Below are positions 17,952 through 28,461 of a stretch of DNA of 64,000 nt, piece by piece. The stretch is from an uncultured Veillonellaceae bacterium. GTDB taxonomy: Bacteria > Bacillota > Negativicutes > JARBTT01. The translations under genes and the position numbers were made by a program. The first letter of the stretch is position 1, and each line of letters starts with the position of its first letter. The stretch spans positions 960,001 to 1,024,000 of the forward strand of contig CAWDTA010000002.1 of assembly GCA_963805085.1 (NCBI GenBank), written 5' to 3'. The notes under the pieces were generated by a model, which worked only from the letters and a program-made list of their open reading frames with translations, was not told the origin of the DNA and did not search any database.

Positions 17952-18144
17952 TGTAAATAACAGGTGCCCGCAATAGGCAGTAAGATATTAGAAAGCATTC
18001 GAAGACATTAAAATTTGCTAGATTATGACATTCTGATGAATATAAGTGGTGCCAAGACTTGATTTCTACTGAGGTTTAAAGCAAGGCGATAGGATGTAGC
18101 TAGAAACTCGTAAAGGCTACTGAAAAAAGAAGGAGACAAATAAA

Positions 18145-19359
18145 ATGGTTGGGGAAAATAGAATAAGGAATATCGGATTTTTAAGTACGTTTCCGCCGCG
18201 TGAGTGTGGACTGGCTACATTTACGGAAGATTTGGTGCATGAAATTAGTAAAATAGCACTAATTCAGCCAAGTGTTATTGCAGTGGTGGATAAGGAAGAT
18301 TATAAAAATTCCCAGGTGAAATGTAAGCTTAACCAGCATGATCGTACGAGTTATTTAATGACGGCATTTTGGGCGAATGATAATGTCGATCTCTTGATTA
18401 TTGAGCATGAATATGGGATATTTGGTGGCGAATGTGGCGAATACATCATTGATTTAGCAAGAGCGCTGAAGATTCCCTTTATCGTCACGACCCATACTGT
18501 ATTATTAGAACCATCCGCAAAGCAGCGGACTGTTCTGCGAGATCTAGGAAGGCTAAGCACAAAAGTAGTAACCATGGCGGAAAGTTCTATTCCTATTTTG
18601 GCTGGAACGTATGGTATTGAGTCCGAAAAACTTGTATTTATACCTCATGGTGTTCCTAACCTACATGTAGAATCACGAGAAAAATTAAAAGCTGATCACG
18701 GTTTACAAGACAAGAAAGTCATTAGTAGCTTTGGTCTTATTAGTCCGGCTAAAGGCTTGGAGTATGGTATTGAAGCGGTAGCTAAAGTGGTACCAGATTA
18801 TGAAAATCTGGTTTATCTGATCCTCGGCAAGACGCATCCGTGTGTCAAAGCAAGTATGGGCGAAAAATACAGGCAGAGTTTGATGGATTTAGCAGAAAGA
18901 CTTGGGGTACAAGATAATATTCGGTTTATTGATAAGTACCTGACCAAGGAAGAAGTGATTACCTATCTTCATTTGTCCGATATATACATGACGCCGTATT
19001 TGTCTAAGGAACAGGCAGTCAGTGGTACGTTGGCATACGCTATGGGGTGTGGGCGGGTTATTGTATCAACTCCATATCGCTATGCAGAGGAGATGCTGGG
19101 CGGCGGTCGTGGAATGCTTGCTAAATTTAGAGATGCTGATTCAATGGCATCGTGTATTCGAACCGTGCTCGGAAATCCAGAACGAAAAAAAGAAATGGAA
19201 ATGAAGACATTGACCGTTGGGCGGACAATGACATGGACTACGGTTGCCGATCAATATGCTGAACTTTGTATGGATATTATCCCACCTGCTTGTCCGGTGC
19301 TTCAAAAATCTCATTCCAATCTTACGATAATGAAACGAAATGGAATGAGGGCAATATAA
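18145..19359 (+). CDS. Glycosyltransferase family 4 (mannosyltransferase-like)
   Basis: STFPPRECGLATF, HEYGIFGG, IPHGVP, GLISPAKGLE, QAVSGTLAYA, STPYRYA. Confidence 0.9.
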   Translation: MVGENRIRNIGFLSTFPPRECGLATFTEDLVHEISKIALIQPSVIAVVDKEDYKNSQVKCKLNQHDRTSYLMTAFWANDNVDLLIIEHEYGIFGGECGEYIIDLARALKIPFIVTTHTVLLEPSAKQRTVLRDLGRLSTKVVTMAESSIPILAGTYGIESEKLVFIPHGVPNLHVESREKLKADHGLQDKKVISSFGLISPAKGLEYGIEAVAKVVPDYENLVYLILGKTHPCVKASMGEKYRQSLMDLAERLGVQDNIRFIDKYLTKEEVITYLHLSDIYMTPYLSKEQAVSGTLAYAMGCGRVIVSTPYRYAEEMLGGGRGMLAKFRDADSMASCIRTVLGNPERKKEMEMKTLTVGRTMTWTTVADQYAELCMDIIPPACPVLQKSHSNLTIMKRNGMRAI

Positions 19360-20396
19360 TGACCCAATTATGTACTGAATTTAATGACGCACATATCTTT
19401 CGGATGACTGATGATACGGGGATGTTTCAACATACAAGGTACAATGTTCCTGATTTGGATAAAGGATATACAACGGATGACAATGCTAGGGCTTTAATTA
19501 TGGCGGTTATGTTCTATGAAAAAAATCGTCAGGCTAAATATCTTGCATTAGTCTATCGCTATTTGGCGTTTATCTTATATGCGCAAAATGAAGCTGGTCA
19601 TTTTCGGAATTTTATGACCTATGAGCGTAAATTTACGGAAACACAAGGGTCAGAAGAATGCCTCGGTCGTTGTCTTTGGGCTTTAGGGTATACGCTGGCT
19701 TCATCCGTGATGCCTAGTGGGGTAAAAGCTGCTTGTAATAGTGCTGTTAGTCGCGCATTGCCACAGGTTTCTTCGTTAAAGTGCCTACGGGGGCAGGCAT
19801 ATGCCTTAATAGGTCTTGGCTTTATTGATGAAACTGAGAGTGATAGCCTTATAAATAAACTTGCTGAGTTCATCGCGGTTAACTTTGAACTTTGTTCAAG
19901 GGAAAAGAACTGGCGCTGGTTTGAAAATAGTCTGACGTATGATAATGCGCTACTGCCTTGGGCGATGTTTGTGGCCTTTCGTAAAACAAGGCAAGAGCGG
20001 TTTCTCTATATAGCGCGCGAAAGTATGATGTTTCTTGATCGAGATGCCTTTCGAGATGGTTTTTTCCGACCAGTGGGCTGTGACGGGTGGTGGATACGGG
20101 GAAATGATCCCGCAGTATATGATCAGCAACCTGTAGAGGCATCCATGTCTACACTGGCTCATTTGGTCGCTTATCAGGTCACTAGTGATGAAGAGATGCT
20201 AAATTTAGCTAGGCAGAGTTTTGCTTGGTATTTGGGTAAAAACTCTTGCCATAAAAGTCTAATAGACCATGAAACGGGTGGTTGTTATGATGGGATTATG
20301 ATTGATGGATTGAATCAAAATCAAGGTGCGGAAAGCATTGTTGGTTATTGCATGGCTAGGCTGGCTTTGGATAATAAAGGTTTAGGTATTATATAA
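19359..20396 (+). CDS. Six-hairpin (alpha/alpha) glycosidase-like protein, partner of the preceding GT4
   Basis: TAATG coupling to the upstream stop; MTDDTGMFQH, GYTTDDNARAL, LTYDNA, DQQPVEA, CYDG..NQGAES. Confidence 0.8.
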   Translation: MTQLCTEFNDAHIFRMTDDTGMFQHTRYNVPDLDKGYTTDDNARALIMAVMFYEKNRQAKYLALVYRYLAFILYAQNEAGHFRNFMTYERKFTETQGSEECLGRCLWALGYTLASSVMPSGVKAACNSAVSRALPQVSSLKCLRGQAYALIGLGFIDETESDSLINKLAEFIAVNFELCSREKNWRWFENSLTYDNALLPWAMFVAFRKTRQERFLYIARESMMFLDRDAFRDGFFRPVGCDGWWIRGNDPAVYDQQPVEASMSTLAHLVAYQVTSDEEMLNLARQSFAWYLGKNSCHKSLIDHETGGCYDGIMIDGLNQNQGAESIVGYCMARLALDNKGLGII

Positions 20397-20429
20397 TTTA
20401 ATCAATATAAAAAGGAACGTGATTATCCT

Positions 20430-21800
20430 ATGAAAGTCATTATTCTCGCTGGTGGCGGAGGTAGTCGCTTATTTCCTCTCTCCCGTACATTGTTCCCCAA
20501 GCAATTTTTAAAACTCAATGGCGAAGAATCGCTGCTCGCACAGACGATTGCTCGGTTTTTGCCCATGGTTAAGCCATCTGATATGGTAGTGGTGACCAAT
20601 CAGGAATATATTCATCATGTGCAGACAGAACTAATTGCTGCCAAGGCGCAGGACGCCCATATCCTACTAGAACCAGTAGCGCGAAATACAGCACCGGCGG
20701 TTGCTTTCGCGGCAAGATATTGTCTAGAAAAATTGGGCTCGACGCCAGATGAAATCATATATGTAACGCCGTCTGACCACATTATCCGCCCTGTAGATAC
20801 ATTTATTGTAAATGTCGGGCAGGCCATAAAGCTAGCAAAGCAGGGGAAAATTGTGACTCTTGGTATACAGCCGGATCATCCGGAAACTGGTTATGGGTAT
20901 ATTCAAGCTGGCAATCCTTTTGGTGGTGGTTTTGCAGTCCAGTCCTTCCGTGAAAAGCCAGATCAAGAGACCGCAGAAGCATATTTAGCTGCTGGTAACT
21001 ACTACTGGAATTCGGGGATGTTTGCATTTACGATTCGTTGCTTTATGGGTGAATTGCAAGCGTATCAGCCAGATGTTTATGAAGTAGCTGAACGAGATTT
21101 GCTTGAGATGACGGCAAATTTTGCCCAAATGCCTAATATTTCGATTGACTACGCGATCGCTGAAAAATCGAAAGAGTTAGTGATGCTGCCGATTACGGCG
21201 GAATGGAATGACATCGGCTCATGGGATGCAATCTATGATGTGTTTGATAAGGACTCGGATGGCAATGCATTAAAAGGTGATTGTACTACGATTGAATGTT
21301 CAAATACATTAATATGGGGACATAGTCGTCTTATTGCAGGTATCGGGCTTGAAGATATTTTAGTGGTAGAGACAGATGATGTTATTGTTGTTGCTAAAAA
21401 AGGTGAGTCGCAAAAGGTCAAAGAATTAGTGGGAAAGCTAAAGGAAAAAGGTAGGATAGAGGCGGATGAGCATACGACAGTTTATCGCTCATGGGGTTTT
21501 TACAAAGTGCTAGGTTCTGGCCCTGGCTATAAGATGAAGAAGATTGTTGTTAATCCAGGAGAAGTTCTTAGCTTACAGATGCATTATCATCGTAGTGAGC
21601 ATTGGATTGTTATTGGTGGGACAGCAAAGATCATGATTGGCGATGTTGAACAAATGCTACATGAGAATGAGAGCATTTTTGTGCCGCAAACGACGAAGTA
21701 TCAACTCGGAAATCCTGGGAAATTGCCACTTCAGATTATCGAAGTCCAGAATGGTAGTTATCTGGGAGAAGATGATATTGTTCTTTTTAACAATTCATAA
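20430..21800 (+). CDS. manC: Mannose-1-phosphate guanylyltransferase with C-terminal PMI-type cupin
   Basis: ILAGGGGSRLFPLSR..PKQF, EPVARNTAPA, FREKP, WNSGMF, WNDIGSW, LSLQMHYHRSEHW. Confidence 0.93.
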   Translation: MKVIILAGGGGSRLFPLSRTLFPKQFLKLNGEESLLAQTIARFLPMVKPSDMVVVTNQEYIHHVQTELIAAKAQDAHILLEPVARNTAPAVAFAARYCLEKLGSTPDEIIYVTPSDHIIRPVDTFIVNVGQAIKLAKQGKIVTLGIQPDHPETGYGYIQAGNPFGGGFAVQSFREKPDQETAEAYLAAGNYYWNSGMFAFTIRCFMGELQAYQPDVYEVAERDLLEMTANFAQMPNISIDYAIAEKSKELVMLPITAEWNDIGSWDAIYDVFDKDSDGNALKGDCTTIECSNTLIWGHSRLIAGIGLEDILVVETDDVIVVAKKGESQKVKELVGKLKEKGRIEADEHTTVYRSWGFYKVLGSGPGYKMKKIVVNPGEVLSLQMHYHRSEHWIVIGGTAKIMIGDVEQMLHENESIFVPQTTKYQLGNPGKLPLQIIEVQNGSYLGEDDIVLFNNS

Positions 21801-21915
21801 TGTTGTTATATGATGGCAGTGAGAAAAAAATATTGCTTAAACCAATGATTAACTTCGGATAGCAATTCTAGTACGCCATGTTTTTAACTAAAGTTTACAT
21901 TATATTATGCATTTT

Positions 21916-21958
21916 ATAACAATGGCTAATGTATTGTGTATACATTAGCCATTGTTAT
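21916..21958. repeat. Perfect 19-bp inverted repeat (terminator or operator)
   Basis: ATAACAATGGCTAATGTAT-tgtgt-ATACATTAGCCATTGTTAT. Confidence 0.8.
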
Positions 21959-22056
21959 TGCAAAAGATTCTTTACCTTGATATGATAGATAATATCAACA
22001 TAAAGACAGGAAATTGGATGATCTTATGTATGAATAACAATCATATAACGTTTATT

Positions 22057-22117
22057 CAGCAAAGAAGCTGGCAGACCTCAAGGTAATTGAGCGTTTGTGG
22101 CTTCTTTTTGTTTTTTT
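22057..22117 (+). promoter_or_regulatory. Leader terminator overlapped by an ANTAR-like hexaloop hairpin
   Basis: CAGC-AAAGAA-GCTG overlaps the 5' arm of AAAGAAGC...GCTTCTTT-T tract, about 30 nt before the start codon. Confidence 0.6.
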
Positions 22118-22146
22118 GGATAGCGGGAAAGGTAGGCGAGTGCAAT

Positions 22147-22875
22147 TTGATAAAATTAGATAATATTAATAAGTATTTTGGAAATCTGCATGTACTTAAT
22201 GGCGTAAATCTTAAGGTTGCAGAAGGCGAAAAAGTTGTTATAATTGGGCCGAGTGGCTCGGGGAAAAGTACACTGATCCGTTGCATTAACCTTTTAGAAA
22301 GACCAGAGGGAGGCAGTGTTGTTGTAGATGATGTAGATTTGTTAACTACGCCAGAGGCCGTTGCTAAAGTAAGGCAGTCAATGGGCATGGTATTTCAACA
22401 ATTTAATCTATATCCGCACATGTCTGTTTTGGAGAACTTAATTTTGGCACCGATGAAATTAAAAGGGTTAAGCCATAAGGAAGCTAGTAATTTGGCAATG
22501 CTTTATCTGGAACGGGTTGGATTAAAGGATAAAGCAGAGGCTTATCCAGCGCAGCTTTCTGGAGGACAGCAACAAAGGGTAGCAATTGCCAGAGCTTTAA
22601 CGATGAAACCGAAAATTATGCTTTTTGATGAACCTACTTCGGCATTAGATCCAGAAATGATTCAGGAAGTGCTAGATGTTATGATTGACTTGGCAGATGA
22701 AGGGATTACGATGGTCGTGGTAACGCACGAGATGGGCTTTGCCCGTAAGGTGGCCGATCGGGTTATTTTTATGGCCGATGGCAATATTCTGGAAGAAAAT
22801 ACTCCAGATAAATTCTTTACGAATCCTGAGCATGTCAGAGCACGGCAGTTTTTAAGCAGAATTGCACATGCATAA
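22147..22875 (+). CDS. glnQ: Polar amino acid ABC transporter ATPase (GlnQ-like)
   Basis: Likely TTG start 22147; [45 protein letters not shown]. Confidence 0.9.
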   Translation: MIKLDNINKYFGNLHVLNGVNLKVAEGEKVVIIGPSGSGKSTLIRCINLLERPEGGSVVVDDVDLLTTPEAVAKVRQSMGMVFQQFNLYPHMSVLENLILAPMKLKGLSHKEASNLAMLYLERVGLKDKAEAYPAQLSGGQQQRVAIARALTMKPKIMLFDEPTSALDPEMIQEVLDVMIDLADEGITMVVVTHEMGFARKVADRVIFMADGNILEENTPDKFFTNPEHVRARQFLSRIAHA

Positions 22876-22900
22876 TAAAATTTTGAAAGGGTGATCTATA

Positions 22901-23725
22901 ATGAAAAAGGGATTAACTTTAGTAATAGCAATGATTATGGGGCTTAGTTTATTATTTGCTGCTGGTTGTGGTGACTCGACTGCAACGACGAAATCTTCTT
23001 CTGATGCCAGTGCTGAAAGTGCTGATATAAAGGCAGTAAAAGACCGTGGTGTTTTAAAAGTTGGGGTTAAAGTTGATGTACCTAAGTTTGGGTTTAAAGA
23101 TCCAGCTACTGGAAAAGTTGATGGTATGGAAATTGACATTGCCAAAGCTCTTGCTAAAAAGATTTTAGGCGATGAAAACAAAATAGAAGTACAACCGGTT
23201 ACAGCAAAAACGCGTGGCCCGCTTTTAGATAATGGTGAAGTTGATTATGTTATCGCGACTTTTACAATTACGGATGAACGTAAACAAAGTTACAATTTCT
23301 CTGAGCCATATTTTAAAGATGGTGTCGCTTTACTAGTGAAAAAAGATGCTGGTATTACTGATTTAACAGGTTTAAACGGCAAGAAAATCGGTGTAGCGCA
23401 AAGTGCAACTAGTAAAAAAGCACTATTGGATGAAATTAAACAACAAAATCTAAAAATTGATATCCTTGAATTTGGTACATATCCAGAAATTAAAACTGCC
23501 TTAGATTCAGGGCGTATTGATTGCTTCTCAGTGGATGCTGCGATTCTTGCTGGTTATCTTGATGACTCTACGGTTATTTTACCAGCTCGTTATAGCCCAC
23601 AATTATATGGTGTTGCATCAAAGAAAAGCAATGAAGGTTTAGCTAAAGTTGCCAATGACAGCGTTACAGAAATGCAATCTTCAGGTGAATTAGATAAAAT
23701 CATTACTAAATGGGGGTTGAAGTAA
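22901..23725 (+). CDS. Peb1A-like Asp/Glu/Gln-binding lipoprotein
   Basis: Lipobox AAGC; VGVKVDVPKFG, VTAKTRGPLLDNGEVD, ATFTITDERK. Confidence 0.88.
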   Translation: MKKGLTLVIAMIMGLSLLFAAGCGDSTATTKSSSDASAESADIKAVKDRGVLKVGVKVDVPKFGFKDPATGKVDGMEIDIAKALAKKILGDENKIEVQPVTAKTRGPLLDNGEVDYVIATFTITDERKQSYNFSEPYFKDGVALLVKKDAGITDLTGLNGKKIGVAQSATSKKALLDEIKQQNLKIDILEFGTYPEIKTALDSGRIDCFSVDAAILAGYLDDSTVILPARYSPQLYGVASKKSNEGLAKVANDSVTEMQSSGELDKIITKWGLK

Positions 23726-24397
23726 TTGCCAGGACCATTTGCCCTTTTTAAGTGGCAGGCAGTTTTGCAAGATTGGCAGGTTTTTGCTGAAGGCTTTGGC
23801 ATGACCATTCTTGTATCTGTTTTGGCATTGGCGTTGGCTTTGGTACTAGGAATATTATTTGGTATGATGGGGACAGCGCAGCTAAAGCCACTTAGATATC
23901 TTAATCGGATTTATGTCGAATTTATTCAAAATACGCCACTCGTTATTCAGATCTTCTTCCTTTACAATGGATTGCCTTATTTAGGCGTAATGATGCCGGT
24001 TTTTTGGGTGGGGATGCTTGGTATCGGTGTTTACCACGGCGCTTATGTTGCTGAGGTAGTGCGCGCTGGTATTTTATCTATCCCAAAAGGGCAATTTGAA
24101 GCCGCGAATGCACAAGGGTTTTCGTATTGGGGTTCGATGCGTTATGTTATTTTGCCACAGGCCAAAAGAATGGCGTATCCGCCACTTACGAATCTAGCTG
24201 TTAATCTAATTAAAAATACGTCGGTCATGGCAATGGTAGCTGGTGGCGAATTGATGTATCATGCAGATTCTTGGGCAAGTTCTAATTTATATTACGGCCC
24301 AGCTTATATCGTAACAGGCTTACTTTATATTGCAATTTGCTTTCCATTGGCTATGTATGCTAAGTACCTTGAACGTCGGTTGGAGGTAACAGTATGA
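23726..24397 (+). CDS. Amino acid ABC permease
   Basis: [30 protein letters not shown]. Confidence 0.9.
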   Translation: MPGPFALFKWQAVLQDWQVFAEGFGMTILVSVLALALALVLGILFGMMGTAQLKPLRYLNRIYVEFIQNTPLVIQIFFLYNGLPYLGVMMPVFWVGMLGIGVYHGAYVAEVVRAGILSIPKGQFEAANAQGFSYWGSMRYVILPQAKRMAYPPLTNLAVNLIKNTSVMAMVAGGELMYHADSWASSNLYYGPAYIVTGLLYIAICFPLAMYAKYLERRLEVTV

Positions 24398-25038
24398 GTG
24401 AACTCTTTCAACCATCGATTTTACTATTTCTTAGTCAAGGGCTATTGACTACAATCTATATATCAGTTGCTTCGATTATTTTAAGTTTGATCTTTGGGAT
24501 TTTTCTCGGTGTGCTGAGATTTAATGGTAGCTGGGAAGGTTCCTTGGCGGCAGTTTACATCGAGATTATTCGTAATACACCGTTACTATTATTCATTTTA
24601 GCGTTCCGGTTTATGACGCCATTGCCGCCAGTCCAAGCGGGCATTGCGGCGATGACGGTGTTTACTACAGCAATTATTGCTGAAATTGTCCGTGGTGGTT
24701 TGAAATCCATTCATAAAGGACAGTGGGAAGCTGCAAAAGCACAAGGGTTTAGTACCTTTGCCACGCTGAGATATATCGTTTTGCCTCAGGCATTACGCAA
24801 TGTTATCCCGCCGCTAGTATCCCAATGCACGACCGTAATCAAGGACACTTCCTTTGTTTGGGCAGTTGGGATTGAAGATCTTACGGGTAAGGGCATGATT
24901 ATCATGGGGAGATATGGCACAACAGAACAGGTATTTACCTTGTTTGGCATGATTGCCTTAACCTATTTTGTGATTAACTATGCAATTTCATGTTACTCGC
25001 GTAGAGTGCAAAATAGGTTGACTTGTAAAAGTTATTAA
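24394..25038 (+). CDS. Amino acid ABC permease
   Basis: [28 protein letters not shown]. Confidence 0.9.
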   Translation: MSELFQPSILLFLSQGLLTTIYISVASIILSLIFGIFLGVLRFNGSWEGSLAAVYIEIIRNTPLLLFILAFRFMTPLPPVQAGIAAMTVFTTAIIAEIVRGGLKSIHKGQWEAAKAQGFSTFATLRYIVLPQALRNVIPPLVSQCTTVIKDTSFVWAVGIEDLTGKGMIIMGRYGTTEQVFTLFGMIALTYFVINYAISCYSRRVQNRLTCKSY

Positions 25039-25097
25039 GAGTAAACGAAAAAACGTGGTTGGAATTCTGCTAGAGAATTTCAACCACGTTTTTGTTT
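24946..25097 (+). repeat. About 150-bp direct repeat, copy 1 (permease 3' end plus terminator)
   Basis: Highly similar to 33503-33655; shared blocks GGCATGATTGCCTTAAC, AACTATGCAATTTCATGTTACTCGCG, GTTGACTTGTAAAAGTTATTAAGA. Confidence 0.92.
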
Positions 25098-25402
25098 ATT
25101 TTTATTAATTGGATTTTTGTTCTTAACTTCGATATAATAAAATAATGAGAAGAATGAAACACGTTCAAAGAAAGGAATCATCAAAGAATTTTTTTATGGA
25201 AAATTCTGCACTAAGTTATACAAATACTGATAAAAATCGAAAGAATTAACAGAAAGTTATGAAAATACTTACAGGCAAATGAATAAAATAGTCGTAATAG
25301 CAGTATCAGCTTATTGCAAAAAATAAGTATCATGATTAGCCGGGGTTAACTTTAACGTATACGGCGTTAATCTAAAGCCTTGATAAGAACGGGGATTGAA
25401 AT

Positions 25403-28249
25403 ATGACAAGAATGCAAAACATATATCAAACTTTAAAAGCGTTATGTAGTAAAGTTAGTCTTGAGGATCTAGAACAAGGGTTTTCTGGATTTGATACGAA
25501 TCAGATCAGTCAAATAAATGGAATTATCAGAAATAACGTTAGCAAGGAATTAAACAAGCTTGTAAGAGAAAAAAAAGTTATAAAAATAAAAGGACATCCA
25601 GTTTATTTTTTTGATAAAGCAAGACTTGAGTATTTACTAGGAACAAGTATAGTTATGGGAGACACAGAAGTTTCTTCTATAGGGGAACTTATACATAGCA
25701 ATTCAAATTTCATGCCAACCGAAAAAGAAAATCAAGATATTCTTGAGCAAATTATTGGTTCTAAAATGAGTCTAGATGTTCCGATTAAACAGGCAAAGGC
25801 TGCCATCTTTTATCCACCAAGAGGACTACATACTTTACTAATTGGCCCAACTGGAAGTGGCAAGACTACATTTGCAGAGATTATGTATCAATATGCGCTT
25901 GAATCTGGAACGTTAAAGCAAGGTGCCAATTTCATCATATTTAACTGTGCAGAGTATGCAGATAATCCGCAATTAATCTTATCGCAGTTATTTGGGCACA
26001 TGAAAGGCGCTTTTACTGGAGCTAATAAAGATAATCCTGGGCTAATTGAAGAGGCAAATGGTGGGATATTATTACTAGATGAAGTACATAGGCTGTCTCC
26101 AGAGGGGCAGGAAATGCTATTTATGTTAATCGATAAAAATAAATATCGCAGAGTGGGTGAAACAAGCAATACACGAAATGCGGAGGTGCTTTTAATAGCA
26201 GCTACTACAGAAGATGTAGAGTCTGTCTTATTAAAAACATTTTTACGAAGAATTCCAATGGTGATTAAGTTGCCTTCGTTATCCGAAAGGTCTTTAAATG
26301 AACGCTATGAATTAATTAGTAGCTTTTTCTCTATCCAATCAGATATTATTAATGCACCTATCCGTGTATATAAAGATGTGTTGAAGGCATTATTATTATA
26401 TGATTGCAAGGGAAATATCGGACAGTTAAAAAGTGATATACAGCTAATTTGTGCTCGTGGATTTCTAGAATATAAAACGCAACGGAAAGTATTTATAGAA
26501 ATTGATATACCTTTAGTCCCTGAGCATGTATATAACGGACTTTTATATAGTCAGGAAAAACGTGACGAAATCTTTGAACTTCTAGAGGACAGCAGAGTGT
26601 ATTACGAATTTCCTCAAAATAAATTTAATAAAAATCTTTTTAGTGATAACTATAATGATTCAGATAAAGTATATTCTGAATTAACAGTAAAATATAATTT
26701 ATACACCAAAAGAGGGGATTCACAAGAGAGCATAAACCAAAAAATGAATCAAGTTATTGAAAAGTATTTAAAACAACTTTTAAAAAAGGTAGATATTCAT
26801 GAGAAAATATCTGAAAATGAAAAACTTTTTAAGGTGGTCAGTCCTAGAGTATATGCTGCCATTGAACGTACACTTTCTATCGCTTCTGATATGTTAAAGA
26901 AAAAAATAAGTAAAAAAGTAGTAATTGCATTGGCTATGCATATCAATGCGCTGCCTAAACGAAAAACAGAAAAAATTAGCTATACGAAAGAAAGTTTAAA
27001 CAAAATTGCAATTAATAACCCAGAAGAATATAAAGCTGCTAAAGTCATTCGAAAAGAAATTGAAAAATCTTTAGATATGGAGATCCCAGAGGAGGAAGAA
27101 GGCTTTATCGCTATGTTCCTATATGCTGTCGATTCTAAAGAAATGAATCAAAAAGTCGGTGTTATAGTCATGGCCCATGGAAGCAGTACTGCTTCAAGTA
27201 TTGCCGAAGTCTGCAATGTATTACTGAGCACAAATCACTGTAAAGCAATTGATATGGCTCTAGATGATAAAATTCAAGATGTATTAGATAAAACTGTGGA
27301 ATTAGTTAAAAAGGTAGATCAAGGGAAAGGTGTTTTACTACTAGTGGATATGGGGTCTCTCTCAGCTTTTGGAAAGATTGTTGAAGAAAGAACGGGTATT
27401 AATATTATTACAATTCAAATGGTATCTACGCCAATTGCTCTAGATGCAGTTCGAAAGAGCTTGATGCCGGGTATGACTTTAACTCAAATTACGGAAGACT
27501 TGCAAGATGTAGCCACTCCTAACATAGGAATAAGTCTTACAGGGGAGCTAGAAATGGCGAAGCAAAGTGTCAATTCAAAAATGATTGTCACTACTTGTAT
27601 GACATCAGAAGGAACAGCTGTGCAACTTGCCAACCTGATTAAAGATTCTATTCCAAGCATAATTGAGAATAATATTACTGTTCAACCGATGACAATTCAT
27701 AAAATTAAAAGTCTGACCCGTGATAAATTAGATAACATCTTTGTATTTGTAGGCAGTTTAAATCCAGAAATCATCAGTATACCCTATATTTCAACAGATG
27801 AAATTGTTATACATAATGGACTAGAACGAATCAGTAATATGATTGAAGGCAGACGCCTTGATAGATATAAAAAAAGATTGATTCCAAATTTAACTATGAA
27901 AATTATTGAGGATTCCTTAAGCTTTTTAAACCCTCAAAAAGCTTATGATGTATTGGATGAGGCGCTAAATGATATTGTAAATATACTGTACATCGAAAAA
28001 ACAGATCATCTAAAAGCAAGTTTTCTTATGCATTGCACATGTATGATAGAAAGAGTAATAAAGAAGGAAGTGTTGCCATATAACGATATTGCAATGTGCA
28101 TTGAGGAGAATATGGATATCTATCATACGTTAAAAAAATCGCTGCAGATTGTGGAAGATACCTTTAGTATGATAATTCCTGATACAGAGTTGGGATATAT
28201 CATTGATATGATTGATACAGATGAACGCACACGGAAATTAATTAAATAA
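25403..28249 (+). CDS. LevR/DgaR-type sigma54 activator (HTH, AAA+, PRD, EIIA, EIIB, PRD)
   Basis: RNNVSKELNKL HTH, GPTGSGKT, GAFTGA, LLDEVHRL, VMAHGSSTASS, CMTSEGTA, LMHCTCMIER. Confidence 0.92.
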   Translation: MTRMQNIYQTLKALCSKVSLEDLEQGFSGFDTNQISQINGIIRNNVSKELNKLVREKKVIKIKGHPVYFFDKARLEYLLGTSIVMGDTEVSSIGELIHSNSNFMPTEKENQDILEQIIGSKMSLDVPIKQAKAAIFYPPRGLHTLLIGPTGSGKTTFAEIMYQYALESGTLKQGANFIIFNCAEYADNPQLILSQLFGHMKGAFTGANKDNPGLIEEANGGILLLDEVHRLSPEGQEMLFMLIDKNKYRRVGETSNTRNAEVLLIAATTEDVESVLLKTFLRRIPMVIKLPSLSERSLNERYELISSFFSIQSDIINAPIRVYKDVLKALLLYDCKGNIGQLKSDIQLICARGFLEYKTQRKVFIEIDIPLVPEHVYNGLLYSQEKRDEIFELLEDSRVYYEFPQNKFNKNLFSDNYNDSDKVYSELTVKYNLYTKRGDSQESINQKMNQVIEKYLKQLLKKVDIHEKISENEKLFKVVSPRVYAAIERTLSIASDMLKKKISKKVVIALAMHINALPKRKTEKISYTKESLNKIAINNPEEYKAAKVIRKEIEKSLDMEIPEEEEGFIAMFLYAVDSKEMNQKVGVIVMAHGSSTASSIAEVCNVLLSTNHCKAIDMALDDKIQDVLDKTVELVKKVDQGKGVLLLVDMGSLSAFGKIVEERTGINIITIQMVSTPIALDAVRKSLMPGMTLTQITEDLQDVATPNIGISLTGELEMAKQSVNSKMIVTTCMTSEGTAVQLANLIKDSIPSIIENNITVQPMTIHKIKSLTRDKLDNIFVFVGSLNPEIISIPYISTDEIVIHNGLERISNMIEGRRLDRYKKRLIPNLTMKIIEDSLSFLNPQKAYDVLDEALNDIVNILYIEKTDHLKASFLMHCTCMIERVIKKEVLPYNDIAMCIEENMDIYHTLKKSLQIVEDTFSMIIPDTELGYIIDMIDTDERTRKLIK

Positions 28250-28352
28250 ATTATACAATAAATAAAACAATTGATAAAAAATTTGCTTTGAAAAGCTGCA
28301 TTTATCAGTTGTTTTATTATTTTTTATTAAAAATTCGCGAAGCAATATTAAG

Positions 28353-28369
28353 TTGGCATAATTATTGCA
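28353..28369 (+). promoter_or_regulatory. sigma54 (-24/-12) promoter
   Basis: TTGGCATAATTATTGCA with GG-N10-GC spacing, between the activator and the PTS genes. Confidence 0.88.
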
Positions 28370-28461
28370 TTAATATAAAGCAACGAAAAGTTTTACAAAT
28401 CTAAAGAAATAAAAAGGATAGATACTTGTGAAATTATTTGATAAAAAGGAGGTAAAGAAGG

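Noticed and set aside
17962-17982. AGGTGCCCGCAATAGGC as a cobalamin riboswitch start
   Set aside because: No AGGGAA, GCCACTG or B12 box follows
15122-18040. CTGANGA in three leaders of the mannoside cluster (15122, 16362, 18033) as hammerhead ribozymes
   Set aside because: None has stem II followed by GAAA or stems I/III; a 6-base match is expected by chance
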